DNA of 20,000 nucleotides from IMG/VR virus record IMGVR_UViG_3300024314_000003. One strand, 5' to 3'. This DNA comes from an uncultured virus (IMG/VR IMGVR_UViG_3300024314_000003). Its lineage: Duplodnaviria; Heunggongvirae; Uroviricota; Caudoviricetes. The notes beneath the pieces are model-generated. The model searched no databases. It saw only the letters and a program-made list of their open reading frames with translations, and was not told the origin of the DNA. Position numbers and translations under genes: made by a program. Shown one piece after another: positions 1-8,243 of this stretch (positions within the stretch are counted from its first letter, which is position 1; each line of letters opens with the position of its first letter).

Positions 1-2
1 CA

Positions 3-722
3 GCATATAGTGGTATTGTTTCTAAAATGATTCCAGGTGGAGGATATATTGTTCAAGTTCAAGGAATTGATTGCTTTATGCCAGGTTCTTTAGCTGGTGT
101 AAATAAATTGCATGACTTTGAATCAATCATCGACACGGAAATGTATGTAGTACCTGTAAGTTATTCGGAAGAAAAAGGAACTGTGGTAGTTTCACATAGA
201 GCATATTTAAGAGCTCTTATTCCTAATACACTCAAAACAATACAAGAAGATATTACAGTTGAAAGAACAGGTCACGTTACTGGTTCTGCAAAATACGGCG
301 TATTCGTTGAGTTTGAAGGATGTTTAACTGGTATGATTCACGTTAACGACTTAGATACTGAAACTTCAAAGGCACATAGAGATAGATCTTTAGAGCCAGG
401 AACAGAGATTAAATTCTATGTTAAAGAAGTTATTAATGAAAGAAAAATTACACTTGTTCAAGGTTCTCCTGCTGAAAAGAAAGTAGATCCATGGGAAGGT
501 ATTTCTTCAAGATATACTAAGAAAACTGAAGTGGTAGGAAAGGTAAAATCTACTAAAGACTATGGTTTATTTGTAGAAATAGAAGAAGGTGTAGTAGGAC
601 TCTTACATGTATCTGAATTCCCTGAAAACATAGATATTAAAGACATATCAAAAGGTGCAGATATTACTGTTCAAGTGATCAGAGTTGAAGAAGACACTAG
701 AAAAGTATTCCTTAAACTATAA
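3..722 (+). CDS. rpsA: Ribosomal protein S1-like multi-S1-domain RNA-binding protein (probably 5'-truncated by the window edge)
   Basis: The frame is open from position 3 ([14 protein letters not shown]...), so the true start is probably upstream of the window. Three S1/OB repeats: [18 protein letters not shown]...[11 protein letters not shown] resembles bS1 D2 (GG..V...G.RAFLPGS...NVVVSRRA). [28 protein letters not shown] resembles D3. [10 protein letters not shown]...[28 protein letters not shown] resembles E. coli D4 (DPW..IAKRY...[28 protein letters not shown]). Stops at TAA directly after the D4-like domain. Confidence 0.88.
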   Translation, partial: [239 protein letters not shown]

Positions 723-740
723 TCAAATCTATAATTTAGT

Positions 741-770
741 TGAAAGAGCCCGATCACTCGGGCTTTTTCA
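741..770 (+). terminator. Rho-independent terminator after the S1-like gene
   Basis: TGAAAGAGCCCGA-TCAC-TCGGGCTTTTTCA: core stem AGCCCGA/TCGGGCT (747-753/758-764), 4-nt loop, T-tract at 764-768; extends to 13 bp with one G-U pair. Confidence 0.88.
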
Positions 771-790
771 CGTTATAGTGTATCTAACAG

Positions 791-799
791 AGATATATA
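791..799 (+). promoter_or_regulatory. Candidate phage late-promoter motif AGATATATA
   Basis: Lies between the terminator and the ATG at 828, where a new promoter is needed. An identical 9-mer occurs in the 14632-14688 intergenic gap and a variant at 2976-2984. Confidence 0.5.
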
Positions 800-827
800 A
801 ACCAACTTAAGTTATATAATTACGTAA

Positions 828-2123
828 ATGAATAATATTAATAATTCAGACATATTAAAGAATGCACTGGTAGGTGTTGAATTTGAATTTTATTCTAACA
901 AGGATATCGATACGACTGCTAAAGAGTTAGCGGGTCTTTTAGGTAAAAAGATTAGAGTAGAAGCAAAGGCGCATAGTGATTTTGAAGTTACAAGAGATGA
1001 GTTTAAAATTGAACCTGATATGTCAGGTGGTGAAAAACTAATGGAACTCGTAACAGGCGCACAGCCGTATTATGCTGCAAGGATGATGATTATTAAAGTA
1101 TGTAAATGGATAGAAGAAAATGGATATACGAATGATAGAAGTTCTATTCACTTAAACCTTTCTTTCGATACAGATAAAATAGAAAATAAACATAGAATAT
1201 CTAAGATGAATGTTCTTAAATTTATTTTAGATTTTAAAGAAAGTCAAGTCTTTAAGTTTTTTCCTGAAAGAAAAGATTCTGCATACGCAAAATCAATTAA
1301 ATTCGTTTTACCTAAGTCAGATACTTATTTCTATGATGGATTAAATATTACTCCTAGTAATTTCATATATCCTGATTCTAAATATTACGGAATTAACTTT
1401 GAAAAAAGACATAAGAATTATTTAGAATTTAGATATCTCGGTGGAAAAGATTGGGAAAAGAAAACTTCTAAGATTCTACAAATGCTAGATCTTTTTATAA
1501 CTCAACTATGGAATAGCACGGGTAATGTTCAATTTAACAATCTTAATTCAATAGAGCTTAGAAAAATTCTTGCTAAGAATGAAAGAGTTATAAAGGCTAG
1601 AAAAGATTGGAAAACCATTAATACAGGTTGGAATCAAGATGTTAAATTAACGGTTGATTTAAATGACAATGAAAAGATAATAGATTTACACTGGCCTAAT
1701 ATTAGAGAAAGAGTTCTTAGATTATTTACACATGGTGAATTAACAAAAGGGCATATTAACTATGATGCCGACAATGGTGTAATTCAAGTTGATCATGGTA
1801 ACTTATCATATTGTGTAGAATTAGAAGGATATGAATTTGTAAGATGTTCTTTGAGAGGAGAATTCACAAATTGTGATTTCTTCGGATGTGACATAAATGG
1901 ATCTGACATACATACGTGTAATTTCTATCAATCTACACAGGTTAATTCATCTAAATTAGAAAGTTCATACGTTCACCAGTCTTGTGTATTAAAAGACTGT
2001 TACATATACGGAAATGGAATAATGAAAGGGACGATGCAAGGAGGTATATTTAGAGACGGTAAATACGATAAAAGAACTGCAAAGTTTGACAACACTGAAA
2101 AAATACTTTATACGGAAGTTTAA
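828..2123 (+). CDS. Putative amidoligase (Amidoligase_2-like COOH-NH2 ligase, glutamine synthetase/GCS fold) with C-terminal pentapeptide/beta-helix-like repeats
   Basis: Ordered motifs typical of the family: VGVEFEF (ExE), FKIEPDMSGG, MELVT, TNDRSSIHLNLSF (H-x-H/N), KYYGINF, YLEFRYLGG. The C-terminal ~90 aa show ~5-residue periodicity (FVRCS/FTNCD/FFGCD/INGSD/IHTCN/VNSSK/LESSY/LKDCY). Confidence 0.72.
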   Translation: MNNINNSDILKNALVGVEFEFYSNKDIDTTAKELAGLLGKKIRVEAKAHSDFEVTRDEFKIEPDMSGGEKLMELVTGAQPYYAARMMIIKVCKWIEENGYTNDRSSIHLNLSFDTDKIENKHRISKMNVLKFILDFKESQVFKFFPERKDSAYAKSIKFVLPKSDTYFYDGLNITPSNFIYPDSKYYGINFEKRHKNYLEFRYLGGKDWEKKTSKILQMLDLFITQLWNSTGNVQFNNLNSIELRKILAKNERVIKARKDWKTINTGWNQDVKLTVDLNDNEKIIDLHWPNIRERVLRLFTHGELTKGHINYDADNGVIQVDHGNLSYCVELEGYEFVRCSLRGEFTNCDFFGCDINGSDIHTCNFYQSTQVNSSKLESSYVHQSCVLKDCYIYGNGIMKGTMQGGIFRDGKYDKRTAKFDNTEKILYTEV

Positions 2124-2139
2124 AAATAACTAAAACAAA

Positions 2140-2973
2140 ATGAGTGATAATATAATAGGTAATAATAGCCACTTAGATAAACCTACATGGGATGATAATA
2201 AATGCTTTAACGACTTTGTAAATGAGTTGGCATCGGAAGTAACAGGGTCTTGTATGATTCCTATGAATCTTCCAAAATCAGAAGTAGAGAATATTGTCAA
2301 GAGAGCAAAGAAATGGTTCTATAAAAATTACGAGTATTCGATGAAAGAAAACTTTATGGTTTTACCTAAAGAACTTTTTAAGTCTAATCTTTTTAAATCT
2401 AGAAGATGCTTTACTCTTCCAAAGATGGATCCAGTTACAGGTGGTGGAGAAGTTTATTCAGTATATGGATGTTTTGAAACTGGATCAAAGTATGCAGGTG
2501 GAACAGATATTAGATTTTCACAAGGTGATTTTGCTATCGAAAGAATGATGTATACTGGAATGTTCAGTGGAGATGGTGTAGTAGATGCCGCAGAGAACCT
2601 TCAATATTATGTGGTTAATGAAAGTTTCTTTGATATGGCTAGACAAATTCTAGAAAACCCCATTGGCTATCACTATAACCAACTAACACATGAGATTAAA
2701 TTTACTGGAGAAACCCCTAACAGAGATATTATATTAGAAGTATATGAAACAATTCCAGAGTGTGCATTATTTGAAGATGAAGCATTCTTTAGATATTGTG
2801 CTGCAAAGATTAAAATTTCATTAGGACAAAAGTTAAGTATATTTGGTTTTGCTTTACCTGGAAATATTGAAGTCAATGCAGACGCAATTCAGGGTTTAGG
2901 TGAAGGAGAACTGGAAGCAGTGATTGAAGAAATAAAAACAGATGAAGGCACCGATTGGATGATGCATTCTTAA
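2140..2973 (+). CDS. Neck / head-tail adaptor protein, T4 gp13-like
   Basis: N-terminal LPKSEVENIVKRAKKWFYKNY and C-terminal FFRYCAAKIKISLGQKLSIFGFALPGNIEVNADAIQGLGEGELEAVIEEI match the gp13 pattern (Y..A..K...G..L.......LPGG+.++G..+..EA..E.E.L.EEL). Size (277 aa) and context fit. Confidence 0.72.
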   Translation: MSDNIIGNNSHLDKPTWDDNKCFNDFVNELASEVTGSCMIPMNLPKSEVENIVKRAKKWFYKNYEYSMKENFMVLPKELFKSNLFKSRRCFTLPKMDPVTGGGEVYSVYGCFETGSKYAGGTDIRFSQGDFAIERMMYTGMFSGDGVVDAAENLQYYVVNESFFDMARQILENPIGYHYNQLTHEIKFTGETPNRDIILEVYETIPECALFEDEAFFRYCAAKIKISLGQKLSIFGFALPGNIEVNADAIQGLGEGELEAVIEEIKTDEGTDWMMHS

Positions 2974-2975
2974 TA

Positions 2976-2984
2976 GAATATATA
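2976..2984 (+). promoter_or_regulatory. Candidate late-promoter motif variant GAATATATA
   Basis: Occupies the 16-nt gap between the gp13-like stop and the gp25-like ATG at 2990; shares the RATATATA core with 792-799 and 14653-14660. Confidence 0.4.
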
Positions 2985-2989
2985 GTTAA

Positions 2990-3343
2990 ATGGAGTTTTA
3001 TATAAAAGCAAAAGGAGATCCTGGATTCGATCCAAGCAAATTAGAAATTAGTTCTGAATTAGCTAGGTTGATGACGCAGATAGAAACTGTTCTTTTTACG
3101 AGAAGAGGAGATGTTTTAGGTGATCCTGAATTCGGAGCTAATTTAGAAGACTATGTATATTCATTAAGTTATAATGACTATTTATTAAAAAAAGTAGTTG
3201 CAGAACAGATTTATAAATATGTTCCTTTAGCTAGAAAATTTAACGTAACTGTTGATGTTGATTTCACAAAAGAAGTTGACAGACATGCAGTGTTTGTAGA
3301 TATAAGAATTGATAATAGATATCAACTTGGAGTTTACGTATAA
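2990..3343 (+). CDS. Baseplate wedge / sheath-initiator protein, gp25 (GPW_gp25)-like
   Basis: QIETVLFTRRGDVLGDPEFGANLEDYVY matches the gp25 signature (I..IL.T..GER...PeFG..L...+F). 117 aa, directly upstream of a gp6-like gene. Confidence 0.85.
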   Translation: MEFYIKAKGDPGFDPSKLEISSELARLMTQIETVLFTRRGDVLGDPEFGANLEDYVYSLSYNDYLLKKVVAEQIYKYVPLARKFNVTVDVDFTKEVDRHAVFVDIRIDNRYQLGVYV

Positions 3344-3360
3344 TAAAACTAAAAATAAAA

Positions 3361-5181
3361 ATGGCAGATAATAAATTTTTATCAACTTCCAGAATAAAAG
3401 CTGGAGAAATGATTGACGACATTAGATCCTATATTACTAGGATATATGGCGAGGTAGAAGGTGCATTTACAACAGCCTCTCCGTTTTCACAAATCCTAGA
3501 CGTTATTTCAGAAATAGGAAGATTAATATTCTTCTACATTGAAGATTCTACAGTAGAGCAAAATATTCTTACAGCTCAAAACCCAGAATCAATATATGGA
3601 CTCTCAAGATTAGCAGGACATGATTCATTTAGAGGAGCTGCCGCTTCAGGTGAATTAAAGCTTAGATTAGGAGTGCAGGGTTTAGATGATATTGCTGGTG
3701 ATGCTTTAAACATTCCATCCAATGCTATTATAGAATGCAAAGACAACGGTCTTAAATACACCCTGAGAACAAGTAATGATCAATTTAGATTAGAAAAATC
3801 AAACGCAAATTATATTTATATTCCTGTAATTCAGGGAGAATATGAATCTCAAACATTAACCTCAACTGGAGAATCTTTTCAATCCTTTAATGTAATAACT
3901 AAAAGCATGATAGACCATGGACAGATTAGAGTAAAGGTTAATTCTAATTTATGGACTAAATATGATTCTTTATATGATATGAAAAAGGGAACTGAAGGTT
4001 ATTTAGTAAAAACAGGAATTACAGGTGGATTAGATCTTTATTTCGGTAATGGTTCATTTGGTGACATTCCTCCAACAGGTGCATCGATTGAAATCGAATA
4101 TTTAAAAATAGGAGGTGCTATGGGTAATTTAAACGGTAGAGCTGATTTATCGTTTGAATTCAAAACTGAAGGAACAGATTCATTAGGAAATACGCATGAT
4201 CTAAATGAATTATTAGAATCTGAATTTACAGTTGCACCTAAAATGGGAGCAAATCCAGAAGATATTGAATTAACAAAGTTAATTGCCCCATTACAGTCAC
4301 ATTCATTTGTATTAGCAACTCCTGATAACTATGAGCACTTTCTTTCAAGATATGGTATGTTTTCTTATTTAGATGCATATAACACTACAGATGATGGATA
4401 TTTAGACGATGATAATGTTATCTATCTGTTCATGTTGCCTAATACTCTTAAAAAATTACAAAACAATAAAGATTATTTTAGCTTAGATAATTCTGAATTC
4501 TTTTTTACTGAAATAGAAAAAGAAGGAATTATGGGATTATTAGAAAAATCAGGAAGACAGATGGTAACAACTGAAATTAAAATAGTAGATCCTTCCCCAC
4601 AATATTTTAGAATGGATATTAAAGTAAGATACTTTGAAGGATATACAAAGGCTAATCTTGCTACTGAAATTAGATCTAAAATAGCAGAATACCTAATTAA
4701 CATTACAAGAAGAGATAGATTACCAAAATCTGATATTGTCGCTATTGTTGAATCAATTGAAGGTATTGATTCCGTTAACGTTAAATTCACTTCTGAAAAA
4801 GAAGAAACGGCTAGAAGATTAGGATATTATACTTCTAAAACAGTAACGGTAACTCCTTCTACCCCAATCTTAGAAGATATAGGTAATGGAAAACAAAAAA
4901 TGGTTTTCTTTAAAAGAACAGTAACTGAAAGGCAAATTAATTTTGAACCCAATGCACCTCTTCCAGAGAATGTAATTAATTTAGATTCATTTGGAGATAT
5001 AATTTTAGAAAAAGAAGAAGTTGCATTATTTAGAGGTGGCTGGTTAGATCAAAATGGAAACATGGTGGATGATTCAGTAAAGACTGGAGAAAAAGCAGCT
5101 CTTTCAATTTACTTTGATGAACCAGCTGTGAAAAATAGCATATTCGCTAAAGTTCAGGCTAAAAATAGAAAAGCTATATAA
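3361..5181 (+). CDS. Baseplate wedge protein, T4 gp6 / baseplate J-like
   Basis: Motifs ILTAQNPESIYGLSRLAGH (A....S+..LA...GY), LYFGNGSFGDIPPTGASIEIEYLKIGGAMGN (+.FGDG..G..P..G..I.+.Y....G..GN), GANPEDIELTK...VLATPDNYEHF (GG.+.E.+...+....R.VT..DY), and IVESIEGIDSVNV. 606 aa, follows the gp25-like gene. Confidence 0.82.
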   Translation: MADNKFLSTSRIKAGEMIDDIRSYITRIYGEVEGAFTTASPFSQILDVISEIGRLIFFYIEDSTVEQNILTAQNPESIYGLSRLAGHDSFRGAAASGELKLRLGVQGLDDIAGDALNIPSNAIIECKDNGLKYTLRTSNDQFRLEKSNANYIYIPVIQGEYESQTLTSTGESFQSFNVITKSMIDHGQIRVKVNSNLWTKYDSLYDMKKGTEGYLVKTGITGGLDLYFGNGSFGDIPPTGASIEIEYLKIGGAMGNLNGRADLSFEFKTEGTDSLGNTHDLNELLESEFTVAPKMGANPEDIELTKLIAPLQSHSFVLATPDNYEHFLSRYGMFSYLDAYNTTDDGYLDDDNVIYLFMLPNTLKKLQNNKDYFSLDNSEFFFTEIEKEGIMGLLEKSGRQMVTTEIKIVDPSPQYFRMDIKVRYFEGYTKANLATEIRSKIAEYLINITRRDRLPKSDIVAIVESIEGIDSVNVKFTSEKEETARRLGYYTSKTVTVTPSTPILEDIGNGKQKMVFFKRTVTERQINFEPNAPLPENVINLDSFGDIILEKEEVALFRGGWLDQNGNMVDDSVKTGEKAALSIYFDEPAVKNSIFAKVQAKNRKAI

Positions 5182-5450
5182 TGAGTATTTTTAGTAACCT
5201 TTTTAAAAGTAGAAAAAAGAGATTATATTCTATCAGGGAAAATGCATTTGACGATAGAAAAAATTTAGGTAATGATTATAGAAGTAATATTTTGAAAAAC
5301 TCAATTTCTTCTCATATTTGGAGAAATAATCAAATGAACGACTTTGTTAATCTTATTCAAGATACAATCGCCGATTGGGTAGATTCTGTAAACTATTTAA
5401 AAATTTACAAATCTTACACCATGAAAAAAGATGATAAAAAAATTAGATAA
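5181..5450 (+). CDS. Small hypothetical protein, probably baseplate-associated
   Basis: 89-aa ORF whose ATG overlaps the gp6-like stop (TAATG) and whose stop lies 2 nt before the next ATG; it fills the gap exactly. Confidence 0.7.
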   Translation: MSIFSNLFKSRKKRLYSIRENAFDDRKNLGNDYRSNILKNSISSHIWRNNQMNDFVNLIQDTIADWVDSVNYLKIYKSYTMKKDDKKIR

Positions 5451-5452
5451 TA

Positions 5453-8242
5453 ATGCCATATCAAAATCTTAGATTCTTTGATAATAGTTCTAACGAATTA
5501 AATTTAACGTATGATTCTACTTTAGAATATTCTACGGGTACTATATTTCTACCTGAAATATCGACAGGCCTATATGAAACGATAAATTTATATGTTCTAG
5601 AAGAAGTAAGGGATGAATTAGATAATCAAAGATTTGTACATCCTATATCAGTCGATGCTAATACTAATACTTTAAGATTTGAATTTGTTTCAGGCTATGG
5701 AGATAGTAATGATATTTTTCTTTATAGTGGAACAATGAAGAACGGAGACTACGAAGTAGTTGTAGATTCTTCTCAGGTTTCTAAAATGAGAGACAACAGT
5801 CACTACACTTCAATTGACTCTGATGGTTTTAAAATAGTTCCTTTAAACGCAGCGGCATTGAATGTACAAGCATGCATCGCCAATATAGCATTAAGTTCAG
5901 ATAAAGAAGGTTTTCATATTAGAACATTAAATGTATATGCGACCGAAGATGGTAATGAAGTAAAGGTTGCAGAAATTAAAGTTTATGGTGAAGTAGTTGC
6001 TGAAGATGAAAGACTAAAAAGTCTTTTAACTAACATGGCATTAAATCTAGACGAAATGGATTATTTGATATTTAGAGATTCTGATATTAAAGACCTTGGT
6101 GTAGATTATAAACTATTAAATAGAAAAAGAAAAGAACTTTTATTACAGGCTTCTACTATTAAACCCTTTATAGGAACATATAAAGCCCTATTAGGTGTTA
6201 TTGATTTCTTTGGATATAGTAATGTAAGTCTTAGAGAGTATTGGTTAAACATAAACGAACAATCTGAAGGATTTGGAAAAATGATGGTGGTTCCTGTTGC
6301 TAATCAAACTGAAGTAGGTTTCTTAGCAAAAAAGAGTAGAAATAAGAACCTTCCTAATTCTAATCAAAAGAAAACTTCTAGATTTTCATTAGCATACCGA
6401 TTAAACGTTCCTACTGGAAAATTAAATGAATTTGATTTACCAGAAGTAGAGGAAATTACAGATTTTTCGCCGGATGAAATCTTAATAAAATTATATGCTT
6501 TAAAGCGTAAACTACAGAAAGAATATTTACCGCTTAACGCAAAGATCGTAGATATCACAGCAGAGGGTGATTACTTTGACGGAGTAAATCAGAGAGTTTG
6601 GAATAATCAACACCAAATACACGCACAGTATGCTGGACAAGACGTACATTATGATATATTTCCAGATGCTAAATCAATTTATATAGAAGATCTTAGGAAA
6701 GTAGATTATAGACTAGAAGGTCGTAATCAAAAGATAGAAGTTTTTAATAAAACAGAAAGAAATGAATTAGAAGATTCTATTAGATCTTTCTATACAGATT
6801 GGCACGATGAAGATATGTCTTCACATAATACCATTGCAGGAATTCCAATAGGAGCTCCTATTATTTTAACTGGAACTTCACTTAAAGATACATGGGATGA
6901 TGCAGACTTTACTTTCATAGATGCAAACGATACTGACGATGATGCTAATATTTTACATTCTCCACCCGGACAACCTCCATATACCACTTTACAAGATCCT
7001 TATTTAACATGGGATGATTGGTGGAAAAGAAGTGTATATGAAATTGAATGGATAATTAAAGGTCCTAGAGGCTACTTTAAAACTATCAGAGGATCTATTG
7101 ACAATTGGTATACACTACCAATAATACTTCCATACATCGGTGAGTACACTATTGATGTTGCTTTTTGGGATTTATATAACATAAGAAGTATTAGTCACAA
7201 TGAAAAGATAACAGTTAAATCTAAGAATGTTGAAGTATATGGAATGTATCAGAAACTCACGCCTGAATTAGATTGGGCTAATTATAAATATCAATGGGAT
7301 GAAGCAGGTTCTTCATGGGAATGGGGTAGAGAAAACCTAAACACTGTTGAAGAAAGTATTGCTACATATTATCTAACTCTCGATAGAGCTAATTATTTAC
7401 ACGAAGATGAAGATGGTAAAGAATTCTCAATGGTAAGAAGATTTGCAGATTCTACAACTCCAACTGGATTTAATGAAACGACAGGGCCTTATCAATGGAA
7501 ATCATTAAGAAAACATGTATGGAATGATGGTCCCGAAATATGCTGGGATCAAACTAGGGTTGGACCAGATTTAAATTCTTCTTTTAAATTAGAATTAAAC
7601 GGCGCTAATAATGGAACTATTTCTGTTTCACAATTAGATCCTTTTACAGATTTAGAAATAATAGAAGAATATACACCTGTTGCAACATATCCTACGTCTA
7701 ATACTGATTTTGCGGCTTGGGAAAGCTTAAAGGATGAATTGAATAATTTGAATCCTAACCAATGGCCTATTTTTACTAAATTCAATTGGAATCCGATATA
7801 TAAAGATACTGATGGAAATATAGTAAATAATTTTGATGGAGCAGATGTATGTAATTATATGCTCGTAGTTTCTAAACAACCCAATCAAGTATATGATTTT
7901 TACAATGCTACGACTAGCACTGGAATCATAGATCCAGATAGTTTTGTTAAATACCAAGCATACAATCCTAGCTTCAATGATTCTTATATAATAGACGATC
8001 ACGGTACTATTAATCTATTAAATCACATGACATTTTCATATGACCTGACTAAAATGCCGGGCATAATAAAACAGAAATGGAGATTGATAAATAATAGTGT
8101 AAAAAAAGAAGATATATATTATGATAATCAGTGGCTGACATACTTATTTGACACTAAGGGAGAGTACAGTATTGAGCTTGAATTAACTGATTTGAACGGA
8201 AATAAAAACATAACAAGAAAAAACATCTTAACAATTAAATAA
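5453..8242 (+). CDS. Large baseplate protein, gp7 / P2 gpI-like core with two PKD/Ig-like segments
   Basis: IKPFIGTYKALLGVIDFFGYSNVSLREYW resembles the gpI/gp7-type motif (.KGT..A+..++...G......+.EWW), followed by LKRKLQKEYLPLNAKI. PKD-like strands LPYIGEYTIDVAFWDLYN and YLFDTKGEYSIELELTDLNGNKN. Located after the gp25-gp6 pair. Confidence 0.55.
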   Translation: MPYQNLRFFDNSSNELNLTYDSTLEYSTGTIFLPEISTGLYETINLYVLEEVRDELDNQRFVHPISVDANTNTLRFEFVSGYGDSNDIFLYSGTMKNGDYEVVVDSSQVSKMRDNSHYTSIDSDGFKIVPLNAAALNVQACIANIALSSDKEGFHIRTLNVYATEDGNEVKVAEIKVYGEVVAEDERLKSLLTNMALNLDEMDYLIFRDSDIKDLGVDYKLLNRKRKELLLQASTIKPFIGTYKALLGVIDFFGYSNVSLREYWLNINEQSEGFGKMMVVPVANQTEVGFLAKKSRNKNLPNSNQKKTSRFSLAYRLNVPTGKLNEFDLPEVEEITDFSPDEILIKLYALKRKLQKEYLPLNAKIVDITAEGDYFDGVNQRVWNNQHQIHAQYAGQDVHYDIFPDAKSIYIEDLRKVDYRLEGRNQKIEVFNKTERNELEDSIRSFYTDWHDEDMSSHNTIAGIPIGAPIILTGTSLKDTWDDADFTFIDANDTDDDANILHSPPGQPPYTTLQDPYLTWDDWWKRSVYEIEWIIKGPRGYFKTIRGSIDNWYTLPIILPYIGEYTIDVAFWDLYNIRSISHNEKITVKSKNVEVYGMYQKLTPELDWANYKYQWDEAGSSWEWGRENLNTVEESIATYYLTLDRANYLHEDEDGKEFSMVRRFADSTTPTGFNETTGPYQWKSLRKHVWNDGPEICWDQTRVGPDLNSSFKLELNGANNGTISVSQLDPFTDLEIIEEYTPVATYPTSNTDFAAWESLKDELNNLNPNQWPIFTKFNWNPIYKDTDGNIVNNFDGADVCNYMLVVSKQPNQVYDFYNATTSTGIIDPDSFVKYQAYNPSFNDSYIIDDHGTINLLNHMTFSYDLTKMPGIIKQKWRLINNSVKKEDIYYDNQWLTYLFDTKGEYSIELELTDLNGNKNITRKNILTIK

Positions 8243-8243
8243 A

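Noticed and set aside
27..29. ATG at 27 as the true start of the S1-like gene
   Set aside because: The frame is open to the window edge and the Met falls inside the first beta-strands of an S1 domain, so the real start is probably upstream.
7727..8002. 91-aa ORF nested within the 929-aa gene
   Set aside because: Antisense and fully overlapped; Ile/Tyr-rich composition expected from off-frame AT-rich DNA. No evidence of a real membrane protein.
2990..8242. Bacterial contractile injection system (T6SS/eCIS/tailocin) or host chromosome origin
   Set aside because: A gp13-like head-tail neck protein, a T4-sized gp6, collagen fibre and a diverged short S1 without housekeeping neighbours point to a large phage. 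Capsid and terminase genes are not in the window, so this remains an inference.
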